Positions 24,785 to 36,242 of a DNA stretch of 64,000 bases are shown in pieces. Each line of letters begins with the position of its first letter. The stretch's first letter is position 1. Both the position numbers and the translations under genes were made by a program. Origin of the DNA: Emiliania huxleyi CCMP1516 (lineage: Eukaryota); the NCBI RefSeq assembly GCF_000372725.1, contig NW_005201277.1, forward strand, positions 72,347-136,346, in the 5' to 3' direction. The notes under the pieces are model-generated. The model was not told the DNA's origin and made no database searches. It saw only the letters and a program-made list of their open reading frames with translations.

Positions 24785-27700
24785 ATGAGCGGACCCTCCT
24801 CTTCCGCGCCTGTCCGCACCCAGCAGCGCTGTCAGTTTTGGGCCGCCTTGTTCGTGCTGCTCGGAGCGTGCGGCGGCGTGCTGCTCTCGGTGCGGAGGAG
24901 CAGCTCGGGGCGCCTCGTGCGGTGCCGGACGGGGGCGAGGCGTGGCGCGTGGCTGCTGATTCTCGCCGCGCTGCTCCCGCTGGCATGTGCACCATCAGTC
25001 TACACGTCTGGCTCGGGCGAGTCTGGCTCTGGGGAGATTGGCTCTGTTGACATCGATCCGTCGCCATCTCCCGAGCCGTCGCCAGCTCCATCGCCCGAGC
25101 CGTCACCGTTTCCCGAATTTCCCGAGCCGTCGCCCGAGCCTGAGCCGTCGCCGTCTCCCGAATTTCCCGAGCCGTCGCCCGAGCCTGAGCCGTCGCCGTC
25201 TCCCGAATTTCCCGAGCCGTCGCCGCCGCCGTACCCTCCGCCGCCGCCGCCGTCCCTTCCGCCGCCGTCCCCGCCGCCGCCATCAGTCCACACGTCTGGC
25301 TCGGGCGACTTCCAGGTCACTGTGGGTGGCGGTAGCTATCCGTCCGATGTGTCGTGGGACCTGACGTGCAGCGGCGCGTTGATCGGCAGTGGAGGGGCCC
25401 CCTACTTTGGCACCCTGTCCGCGCCGCCCGGCGAGTGCACGCTCGACATGTACGACTCGTACGGCGACGGCTGGACCGGCAACGAGTGGAAGGGTGCGGG
25501 CTATACGTTCACGCTCGGCTCCGGATCCTATGGCAGCGAGACGTTCATCCTCGCCCTCCTCCCTCCGCCCTCTCCGTCGCCGCCGTCGCTGCCGCCGCCG
25601 GCGCCGCCAATCGACTTCCAGGTCACTGTGGGTGGCGGCGACTGGCAGTCCGATGTGTCGTGGGACCTGACGTGCAGCGGCGCGTTGATCGGCAGTGGAG
25701 GGGCCCCCTACTCCGGCACCCTGTCCGCGCCGCTCGGCGAGTGCACGCTCGACATGTACGACTCGTACAGCGACGGCTGGACCGGCAACGAGTGGAAGGG
25801 TGCGGGCTATACGTTCACGCTCGGCTCCGGATCCTATGGCAGCGAGACGTTCATCCTCGCCGCCCTCCCTCCGTCCTCTCCGTCGCCGCCGCCTCTGTCG
25901 CCTCTGCCGCCGCTCTCCCCGGACTTTGTCGCCGCGGCGAGCGAGGCCGAGCTCCGCTCCCTGATCACGGAGGCTGCTGCTTCGCAAGCCAACGTCGCAA
26001 TCTACCTGCCGTCCAGGGCAGACTTCAAGCTGGGCAGCCAGATCAGCTGCTCCTCCGACATCAAGGTGACCGTCGCGAGCAGCGGCGAGGGCGCGACGCT
26101 CGACGGCCGGGGACAGATCGGGCTCTTTTACCTCTCGGGCGGCTGCAGCCTCACCCTGCGGGGGCTGAACCTCGTCAACGGGAGGGCGACAAACTACGGC
26201 GGCGTTGTGTACGCGAGTGGCGCAGGCGACGTCGAGATCATCGATTCGGTCGTGAGGGACTGCTCTGCTGGCTATGTGCGCCGCGTAGAGCTAGCCGCAC
26301 TCCAGCAGCGCCGCACGGTAGCGGGGCGAGAGATAGAGAGGGCCACGGCTGCCTCACCCCGCTCTCTCCTCGCAACCGCAGGCCGGCGGCGGCGTCTTCG
26401 CGCAGTACAGCGGTGTGGTCTCGATCATCGACTCAGATGTGTCGGACTGCTCTGCTTCTTATGTGCGCCGCGTAGAGCTAGCCGCACTCCAGCAGCGCCG
26501 CACGGCAGCGGGGCGAGATATAGAGAGGGCCACGGCTGCCTCACCCCCGCTCTCTCTTCGCAACCGCAGTTCGGCGGCGTCGTCAGGGTGGATAACAGCG
26601 GTGCGGTCTCGATCATCAACTCGGATGTGTCGGGCTGCTCTGCTGGCTCTGTGCGCCGCGTAGAGCTAGCCGGCCTCCAGCAGCGCCGCACGGTAGCGGG
26701 GCGAGAGATAGAGAGGGCCACGGCTGCCTCACCCCCGCTCTCTCTTCGCAACCGCAGTTCGGCGGCGTCGTCAGGGTGGATAACAGCGGTGCGGTCTCGA
26801 TCATCAACTCGGATGTGTCGGGCTGCTCTGCTGGCTCTGTGCGCCGCGTAGAGCTAGCCGGCCTCCAGCAGCGCCGCACGGTAGCGGGGCGAGAGATAGA
26901 GAGGGCCACGGCTGCCTCACCCCCGCCCTCTCCTCGCAACCGCAGGAGGGCGGCGTCGTCTACGCGGAGGACAGCGGTGCGGTCTCGATAAGCGGCTCGA
27001 ACGTGACGAGCTGCTCTGCTGGCTCTGTGCGCCGCGTAGAGCTAGCCGGCCTCCAGCAGCGCCGCACGGTAGCGAGGCGAGAGACAGAGAGGGCAACGGC
27101 TGCCTCACTCCCGCTCCCTCCTCGCAACCGCAGTACGGCGGCGTCGTCTCCGCCAATCAGAACAGCGGTGTGGTCTCGATCATCGGCTCGGCCGTGACGA
27201 GCTGCTCTGCTTCTCAGGTGCGCCGCGTAAAAAACTAGCCGCCACCCCTGCAGCGCCGCACGGCAGCGGGGCGAGAGATGTAGAGGGCCACGGCTGCCTC
27301 ACCCCGCTCTCTCCTCGCAACCGCAGTGGGGCGGCGTCGTCTTCGCGTCTAACAGCGAGTCCCTCTCCATCGCGGATGTCGACTTCACCGACAACAGAGC
27401 CAGCCTCTCAGGCTCGGTGCTGTACCTTTCAAACACGCCCTCCTCGATCAGCGCCGCCTCCTTCACCGGCAACACTGCTGGCGACGACACGACGATACAG
27501 ACCGACAAGCCGATAGACTGGGACTGCCGCTTGGGCAGCTGGATGCGGCACCAGGGCTCCTTTTTTGGCGACTTCAGCGTCCCCGAGTGCAACCTTTGCC
27601 CCGCTGGCTACTATGGGAACAGGAGCGGCCTCACCAACTCCTCCTGCGAAGGTGCGTGTAAGCGAGGCCACTTTTGTCCCAAGGGCACAGCGGAACCGCT

Positions 27701-30700
27701 CCCGTGTGCTCCGGGCTTCTACATGCCCGTGATTGGCGCAGCCAGTGCCGAGTCGTGCCTCCCTTGCTCTCCGGGGACGAGCCAGTCCACAGCCGGCACG
27801 GACCGTCCCTGCGACGAGTGTCCTCCCGGCACGTTCGCCGATCAGCTCAACGCCACCAGCTGCACCGACTGCCCCGCGGGAAGCTTCTGCCCGAATGCAG
27901 GCACCATCCAGCCCCTCGACTGTGCCGCAGGGCAGTACCAGAACCTCACCGGCCAGGCTGCGTGCATGCAGTGCCCTGCTGGCGAGTTCCAGGCGGAGCG
28001 CGGACAGACGGCATGCGACACGTGTGAAGCGGGTGGATACTGCGAAGTCACAGACGACTGTGGCGGCGGCTTCACGCCCTGCCTTGCGGGGAGCTACAAC
28101 GAGAAGACGGGCAGCAGCTCACCAGATGCCTGTCAGAAGTGCCCCCCCGGTACCTCTGGCCCGATCACCGGCGCAAACAGCAGCGAGACCTGCGCGAGCT
28201 GCCGTGCTGGGACGTTTGGCGGCGAGCCCGGGCTGAGTGAGTGCAAGGACTGCCCTGCCGGCAGTTATCAGAACGATACGGGCGCGACGTCCTGCCGCGA
28301 CTGCGAGAAGGGACGGTACTGCGCCAAGGGCGCGTCGGCGCCGCTGCCGTGCGATGCGGGTACCTACTCGGACAAGACGGACCTCACCGCCGCCTCGCAG
28401 TGCGTCGACGCCTCGCCGGGCCACTTTGCCACCACCGGCTCCACAGAGCAGACGCCGTGTCGCGAGGGTAGCTTCGCCGCCAAGGCGCGCAGCGAGGCCT
28501 GCGAGCTGTGCGGCCAGGGCTACTACCAGAGCGCGCCCGCCGCCGCTGCCTGCGTCCGCTGCGCTCCCGGCAAGTTTTGCCCGGTGGGGTCGTCGCGCGA
28601 GCTGGACGCGCAGTGCGAGGCGGGCACGTACGCCAGGCTGACCGACCGGAGCGGCGACCCCGAGTGCCTTACCTGCCCCGCCGGCTCGTCGTGCGGCGGC
28701 GGGGCGGCGCCGCCCTCCGAGTGCTCGCCGGGCTCTTTCGCCGCCACGGCCGGCCTCTCCAAGTGCGCCAGCTGTGCGGGCGGGACGTACCAGGGCGAGT
28801 CGAACGCGACGAGCTGCCTTCCGTGCGTGGAGGGCAGCTACTGCGCCGAGGGCGCGTCGGCGCCGCTGCCGTGCGAGGGCGGCAGCTACTCGCGCGCGGC
28901 CGACAACGACGAGCCGGACGACTGCACGCCGGCCGATGCTGGCTTTTTTGCGGTGACGGGCTCCACCGAGCAGACGCCGTGCTCGCCAGGCACCTTCACC
29001 GCCCTCGCCGGACAGAGCATCTGCGAGAGGTGCCCTCGCGGCACGTCCTCCGGCGCCGGCAGCTCTTCCTGCGACGAGTGCGCTGCCGACACTTACGCCG
29101 CCAACGAGGGCCAGGGCGAGTGCATCCCCTGCCCCTACCCTCTTGCCAGCGGCACTGGCAGCGTCACCTGCTCCGTCTGCAAGGCGGGATTCTACCTGAA
29201 GGCGAGCGCCGACCCGGCCGACGTCTTCAAATCCCCAACCGAGTACTGCAAGCCATGCCCATCGGACGCCGCGTGCCCGGTCGGCACGACCCTCGAGACC
29301 CTCGGCGTCCCGCTCGGCTTCTGGCGCGCCAGCTTCTCCAGCGCCGAGCTCACAGAGTGCCGCGCCTTTGGAGGGGATGGCCAGGCGGGCCAGGCGCGGT
29401 GTGTCGGCAATGTTGATCCGGGAGAGGCTAGCGGTCGGAGGGTGCAGGAGGCCGGCTTGGACTACTGCGCAGACGCCTTCGCCGGCCCCGAGTGCCAGCT
29501 CTGCCGCGAGCCGAACCACTACCTGGACGCCGACGGCGCCGCCTGCAACGAGTGCGTCGCTGTCGGCACGGCGGCGGGGCGCATGGCGGGCACCGCCCTC
29601 GGCCTCTGCGTCGCGTTTGGCCTCGTGGCGTTGGCGTACTCAACTCAGCGCGGGCAAACCGAATGGAGGAAGGAGCGCTTCATCGGACTTCCCTTGCGCA
29701 TCGCCGACCGCACCGGTGACGCGATTTACAAAATCGGCCTCATCCCCAAGTTCAAGATCTTGTTTGGCTTCTACCAGGTCTGCCTCGTCCTCTCCACCAC
29801 CTACTCGGCGCGGCTGCCGGAACGGTACACGGGCTGGACGGAGGCGCTGGCCGAAGCCGTCTTCATCGACTGGTCGGGCATCGTGCTGCCGGTGCAGTGC
29901 CTGCCGCACAAGTCCCGGCTCGTCGCCGTCGCGATCTCTCCCATCGGCGTCATCGCCCTGCTCCTCTTTGCTGGCATTGTCTTGCGGCTCTGTGCTCGCT
30001 GGCGGCGTGCTCGGCGAGGGGCTGGCCGCGAGAGCGGCTCCGAGGTCGACGGCGCGACAAGCAACGTTCTCGGTGGCGAAGCACAGCTGCAGGAGCCACC
30101 ATCGTCTTCAGCTGCGGAGCCACCGACGGCGCTGGCCGAAACTGACGATGCGGCGGTCTTTTCATGGCCTGCAGAGGTGGCGCTCGGCCTCCTCGACCTC
30201 ACGCCGGCGGGTCTCGTGCTCATCTTTCTCTTCGTGCCGTCTGTGAGCGCCACAATCTTGCGCGCGTGGTCGTGCCAGGTGCTAGCCACAAACAAACAAG
30301 CACCCCCCCCCCCCCCCAACCCCCTTAGCTTGTGTCGATGTGCGTGCGCAGGGCTACACCACCTCTGCGCCGGGCGAGACGCTCGCTCTGGTCGAGTACA
30401 TGCGGCAGGACGCGAGCGTCGAGTGCGGCACCGACGAGCACGACTCCATCACGAGACTCGCCACCGGCTTCGTCGTCATCTGGCCGGTCGGCTCGCTAGT
30501 CCTCTACTCGGCCCTTCTTCTCGCATGCTACAAGCCGCTGCAGGCCAAGTCGCCGAACGCGCTGACGAAGGCCACCGCCTTCCTTCACCGGGAGTACAAA
30601 AGGAACTGGTACTGGTGGGAGGCGGCCGATCTGGCCCGCAAGCTCTTTCTGACGGGCTTCGTGCTGCTGGTTGCCGAGGAGGAGGACTCCTTTGTTCGTC

Positions 30701-32789
30701 TCGTCGTGGCGGTGCTCGTGTGTTCGTGCTACGCCGTCGCGATCGCCCTGGTCCAGCCCTACAAGCGGTTCGGGGACAACATCCTCGCCGTGGTGCGCCC
30801 TTCGCCCATCCCACGCGCCCTTTGCGCTTGCTTGTGCTGCAGCTCTCAGCACACGCTTGGATCGCCATCGCCAGTCCATCACCCACCCCACACACGCCCT
30901 TCCCCTGCAGTCACTCTGCAGTCCACTCTGAGCCCAACGCACGCGGCTCGCACTGCAGGCCACCAGCCTCGTCCTCCTCCTCCTCTTCCTCGGTGCCAGC
31001 TGGACCACCATCTTCCTCAACATCGAGTTGCGATTCCCCGGGGACGAGCCGGGGCAGTCGGCCTCCGCCGTCCTCGGCTTCAGGTCTGAGAATGGACTGG
31101 TGAACTGGATGCTCGTCCTTACTGCGGCTGCGCTCCTGATCTTCCTCGTGGGTACCATCATCGCCATCCGCCGCCTTGCCAAGGTCCCCACGATTCGCCT
31201 CGTCTCAACCAAGCAGCCCCCCGAGCTGGCTCTGGTGGACGGCCTCACGTGGCACCTCTTCCTCTCGCACATCTGGTCAGTCCTGTGGTCAGAGGGAGAC
31301 GCGGCGTAGGAGAACCCGCCAGAACGACCCGCCACTCCCCGAATAGGTCCACCGGCCAAGACGCCGTCGCGGTCATCAAGAATGAGCTTAAGCTCTTGAT
31401 CCCCGGCATCAAGATCTTCCTCGATGTGGATGATTTGAAGGACATCGGGTCGCTGGAGGATTACGTTGACCGCACGCAGGTCATGCTCTTCTTCCTGTCG
31501 AAGGGCTACTTCCGCTCGAAGGCACTCCCCCAGCCCCTCCCTTTCCGTGCCTCGCTGTGTCGCCCACGACTACTCGTGCGCTCCTTGCCTGCAGAACTGC
31601 CTGCGCGAGATTCGGACGTCGCTCGAGAAGAGCAAGCCGCTCGTCCTCGTGCAAGAGGCGGACCCGGCCAAGGGCGGCGGGACGCTGCAGGCGCTCCCCG
31701 CCCGACCCCTGCTCGATGACCCTGCGGGGATTGCTCTCGCCACACACGGCTCTGAGGGGCGGTGTCGCCGCCGCCGCCGCACGCCAGCACTCACTCACGC
31801 ATACCGTCGCTGCACGACTGCAGGAGTTGCGAGCACAGTGCCCGGAGGTCCTCCAGCCGGAGATCTTTGACAGGGGGTGGGCGCAGACGACGTGGCACCG
31901 CATCGACGAGTATCAGCGTGTCTCGCTTAAGATCATCTCCGAGGTGCCGCCACGGACCTGCAGCTGTTCTGCCGTCGCCTCGACCTTGACCGCCGCCCCC
32001 TCGCACCTACCCACAGGCGCTCCTCCTCTGCTCGCCACACTACCTGAACCTGACCTCCCTCGCGCTCTTCATCCCGGGCGAGGTCCAGGGCCAGCCGATC
32101 TCCTTCTCCAAGTCCGTCGTGCTCTGGGCCTCGCCGTTCGATGAGGGCGCAGACGAGCTGGCCAGCGAGCTCGCCACCAATTTCTCCGGTCTCACCGTCT
32201 CCACCGCCGAGGAGGCGGGCGACGCCACGCACATGCTTCTCTATCTGAACGCCGACACCTGGTCCGACGAGCGGCTGGCCGAGCAGGTCAAGCAGGCGCG
32301 CCAGGACAGGCTGAAGATCGTCATGGCGCACGAGAACGACCTCGACCGCGGCGGCTGTGAGTTCGCCAAGTTTTTTGAGACCACGCCGCAGGAACGCTGC
32401 CGATCAGCGGTCGATCTTTTATGTCCCGCCCGCTCCATGCCCCCCTTCCCCGCCGCCGCAGGAGCTCATCAACGCCGGGCTCTACGACGCCCTCGCCATT
32501 GCCTGCTTCCCTGGCCTGCACCATGAGGTGCGCTCCCCCGGCGGCACCTTTGCCACAGCGCCCGCCTCCTGAAGCGACTGATCTTGCACCCCCGGTCTCA
32601 CAGGTGTCGCTCGTGCTGCTGGCCAAGGCTCTGGGCGCAACCCCGGTGAGCGCTCGCTCGAGCATCCGCGACTCGCTTTCGAATATCGGGCGCTTCACTA
32701 CCGTGCCTCGCGGCTCGACGACGTCCGACCCAGTCGTTACCGAGGAGGATTCGCAGCTGGAGCAGCTGCCAGAGGTGGAGCAGGTGTAG
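24785..32789 (+). CDS. Large membrane receptor: signal/TM, PEPS stalk, 2x DSYGDGW beta-domain, PMP-like beta-helix, GCC2/GCC3 (ephrin-receptor-like) Cys repeats, about 9 TM, two TIR domains
   Basis: GGVV beta-helix coils and many C.PG.F/Y..C..C repeats. TM block with FKILFGFYQV, FLHREY..YWWE..LARK and QPY. TIR1 HLFLSHIW|STGQD...IFLDVDDL...FFLSKGYFRSK|NCLREI. TIR2-like MLLYLNADTW...IVMAHE...FFETTPQ|ELI. Stop at 32787-32789. The start may lie upstream. Confidence 0.85.
26276..27326 (+). repeat. Tandem array of about 188-bp intron+exon units (6 near-identical introns, 5 cassette exons)
   Basis: Introns GTGCGCCGCGTAGAGCTAGCC...CGCAACCGCAG at 26276-26381, 26463-26569, 26651-26757, 26839-26945, 27027-27133 and 27218-27326. 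Confidence 0.95.
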
Positions 32790-33958
32790 AGGTGACGAGC
32801 AACTTTGCAGTTCGGCTCAAGCGGCAAGGGTTGGATCGCGCTAACCACTTCCAAGAGTTGCGCTGCGTTGGCATAGGGCGTTTTATGTAACATGCTGAGG
32901 CTTCCTCGTAACGACGAGCTAACATATTAGAGACGACTCTCTCTCATCCCCACTGTGAACAGTCGGGATCTGTATCTGCGCAGCTAAATGTATAGAATTT
33001 TACAACAAAATGTATAGAAAACGCTAAACGGCAGGGAGTTAATGAATAGCGCTCTACATTTTTACCACAAGCGCACAAGGCGCGCGCTGCATATCGATAT
33101 CCCTCTACAGGGCCCGCAATAATACGCAATCGCCCGCGCGCTCCCGCGCGCTCAGGGATGTCAGTACCCACGCCGAGGAGTACGGAACCGCCCCGTACGA
33201 CCTCTCCCGAGCACTTTTCTCACTATATCCTTATCGTATGAAACACTTGTTGGGTTACCACGTCTCTTCCTCTAAGGAGAGGAGAGGCTCGGCGTCCGGG
33301 TAGCCGTCGTACTCGACCGCATCCACACGAGCCGGCCGCCCGAACCCTCCTCCCGCCACGTGATGGTGGCCGACCACCCTGCTCGCCTAGGATCTCGACG
33401 TGCGTGCCTGTCTCGACGACAGCGTGCCCGGCCAGCCTCGCCGTCGCGTCCAAGCGCAGCCGCTCCGCCGCGCCTCCTGCGTCTCCGCGGGCTGCCGCAG
33501 CACATAGTGTCGGCCGTACTCCGCCACGCCCGCGAGGACGTCAGCCGCTCACCGTCTCGACGCCGCCTCGATTGGCGGAGGGGCTCGACCCGTGGTTCCG
33601 TGACCTACCGCGCCAGCGAGGGCTCCTGGTGCGCCGCCCGTCGGTCGACGCCCTCGCCCCTGCGCTACCAACGACGCCGTCGCTGTCCTCGCCGACGTGA
33701 CCGTGATCCGAGGCCGCTCATCCACGCCGAGAGCAAAATCCAGAACGACGCGCTCTTCGACGGGGGCTCGGGGTACGGGTGGGATTCCCCCTCGGGGGGC
33801 GGCGCTTTCTTCTAGGCGCCCGCCTTGACCCAACATAGAGGGCGTTGTGTAGCCTAGCTTTTGGGTAATATAACACAAATCCAGAACCCAATACGAGCCG
33901 ACCCCCCCCCTTTGACCCCCCCCTCTTGGACGCGTCCACCCTCCGTCCAATCGAGCCG

Positions 33959-34807
33959 TCCCTACTAATACATACATATTTCCCATTTCGTGCACAAAGA
34001 GCACAAAGGTGGCACCCTCGGCCAGCTGAAGCTCGCGACTCGTCCACCTTGCTCTGGACTATGCCGACCTCAAACCACCAGCGCCAGGAACGACGTGCCG
34101 CGGCTCGCCACGCATCTGTTGCGACCGACGACGTGCCCGACGCCGTCCCGCGGCCGCCAGGAAGAGGCCCGCGCAACCACTTCTGGGACCCGCGGCCGCC
34201 GGGCGTGTGGCGGCACAACGAGTCGAACGAACCGAACCAGCGCAGAGCGGCGCGTCTCACGAGCGCCCGCGGCCGCCACGCCGCCGCCGTCCGCGGCCGA
34301 CGGTGGTCGCGAATCAACGCGGCGCGGTGCACCGCTGCGCCTGTCCTTCCGCGCCGCTGGACGTCGGTTGAGAAGACCGCTTCCCTCTGGGGACCCGACT
34401 CCGCGAAGATCGCGTGCGCGTCGTGAGTGGCGGCGCGCGCGCGATCTCTGTTCCCGGGCACGCCGGTCGCAGTGACATGGGCTCCCAGGCTCAAAAGCGC
34501 TCAACAGCGAGCTGCTCCTCCTCCTGCCGCCGCTCCGCTCACCGAGACAACTCGGTGCCGCCGTTCTCGCCGCCGCCGCCGCCGCCGCCGCCTCGCGCCT
34601 TGCCTCCGTCACCGCCGCCCTCCATCTCGCAGCGGCGCGTCCCTCTGATGGCGCGGGCTCCTCGCTCGTTGGCGCCTCGCCGCCGCCCCCCCTCTCGCCG
34701 CCGCTCCGCTCGTGGCCGCCCCATCCCCTGTCAATCCCGCCGCCTCCCCTGTCAATCCCCCCCACCGCCGCCACCGCCTCGCGCGTTTAGCGGGCCTTTA
34801 AGCTTAG
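33959..34807 (+). mobile_element. Possible non-autonomous Helitron
   Basis: The 5' TCCCTACTAATA resembles Helitron starts. The 3' end has a GC-rich weak hairpin followed by CTTAG. The A|T target rule is not met. Confidence 0.3.
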
Positions 34808-34979
34808 GAATCCTAAATAGAGGACAGCCTATAAAGTGTGAGTCACACACACACACACACACACACACAGCCTATAAAGAAAAGAAACGCAATGTCGAAG
34901 GTGCCACTTATCAACCGCAAAAATAGGCCCGCGCGTGCTGCGCGGGCCCGGCGAGCGACTAGCGAGCCAACCTGTAGTG

Positions 34980-35456
34980 TTTACAAAAGAATTTTAGAAA
35001 TCTCGCAGGACATAAAGGAGGACGAAGCAGAAACTAGCGCAGACGAGAGCAGGGCAGACCCGGGGACTGGGGAGCCGGAGCAGACGGCATCGGCCGCCGA
35101 GGGAACGTTGGGAAGAGGCACGAGGAGGGCGGCGACTTCGACCGACTATGGAGGACCCGTCGCCAGACGACGCAGGGCAGAAGACGGTGAGGCGGAGCAG
35201 ACGCGCAGGGTGAGACGAGGGAGGGAGCAGGACTTTGCGGAGATCAGCAGGAGGATGTACGAAGAGATTAGGAGCAGCAGGGACCCGAGGGACCATGTGG
35301 AAGACGGCTAGTGCTAGTCCCCCATCGGGAGGACGACCCCGGCTAGTCGCCGACCACACCCACAAAGAACCCTGCACAAAGATCGCAAGGGCGGGGGCCT
35401 GTTCCTTTTTACCCATCTCACAGTAGAGAGGTGTCCGTTTTTATTTATTTATTTAG
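34980..35456 (+). mobile_element. Possible 3' fragment of a LINE with (TTTA)n tail
   Basis: A purine-rich ORF end at 35311 with non-host codon usage, a short UTR, then TTTTTTATTTATTTATTTA. Confidence 0.35.
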
Positions 35457-36242
35457 GACATAAAGGGTGTGGATGCTGGGTAACAAAATCGGAGGACGCG
35501 ACCCACCTCGCCACAGACGGTCCCGCGCCTCGCCACTATGACGGCTACACGACCGCGGCTCGTGTGCGTGTAGCCGTCATTATCCGGAGTGAATACTCCA
35601 ACGCGCTCGTCGGTGACGGTGTCCTCCAACCTGCGCCGCGCTCGGCGAACCTCGACAGCGCTTTCGGTGGCATGCAGCTCTTTGCGCCTGAAGCCTGGAG
35701 AGCAGCTCCTCTGCTGCTCACACACTCTGCACAGCTGACACAGCCTACTGTGCGGCTACCACAGCTGTGACAGCGATGGGCTCGCCCTCACTGGCCCTCA
35801 GTCACTTGTGCTGCGGCTTGTGTGAGCGACACTGCTCGGCGACTGCCGGCACACTGTGAGACCATGGGTGTGAGGTAAAACCACGCTACCAGCGCTTGGT
35901 CACATCGGCCCCGAGGTCAGATCCTTCTACTCTGTTAGTGACAAGACTTGTCTACCGGCTGGAGCAGAGCAGGAGGGCTTGGCGCACAACCCCTGTTCAA
36001 CTCACCCTCCACACCTCCCGTAGCGGGGGCACGGGACTGGCGCGGCGACTCCTGCCTGCGAGGACGGCGAGGCACTTAGCCCCGTGCACTCGACCGCCCT
36101 CAAGCTCATTTTCACAATCGTGTATAAAAGAATTTCGAAATTTAATTACAAATTTCGTGGGGGTATGTATGTATTAGCACTGCGCTGTGCGGGGGGTACT
36201 ACATGCACAAACATGGTCGCGGATCCTGTGCCCCCCGCCGCC

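Noticed and set aside
26276..27326. CRISPR-like repeat/spacer array
   Set aside because: The repeats are 106-109 nt GT-AG introns, the spacers are homologous in-frame exons, and there are no cas genes.
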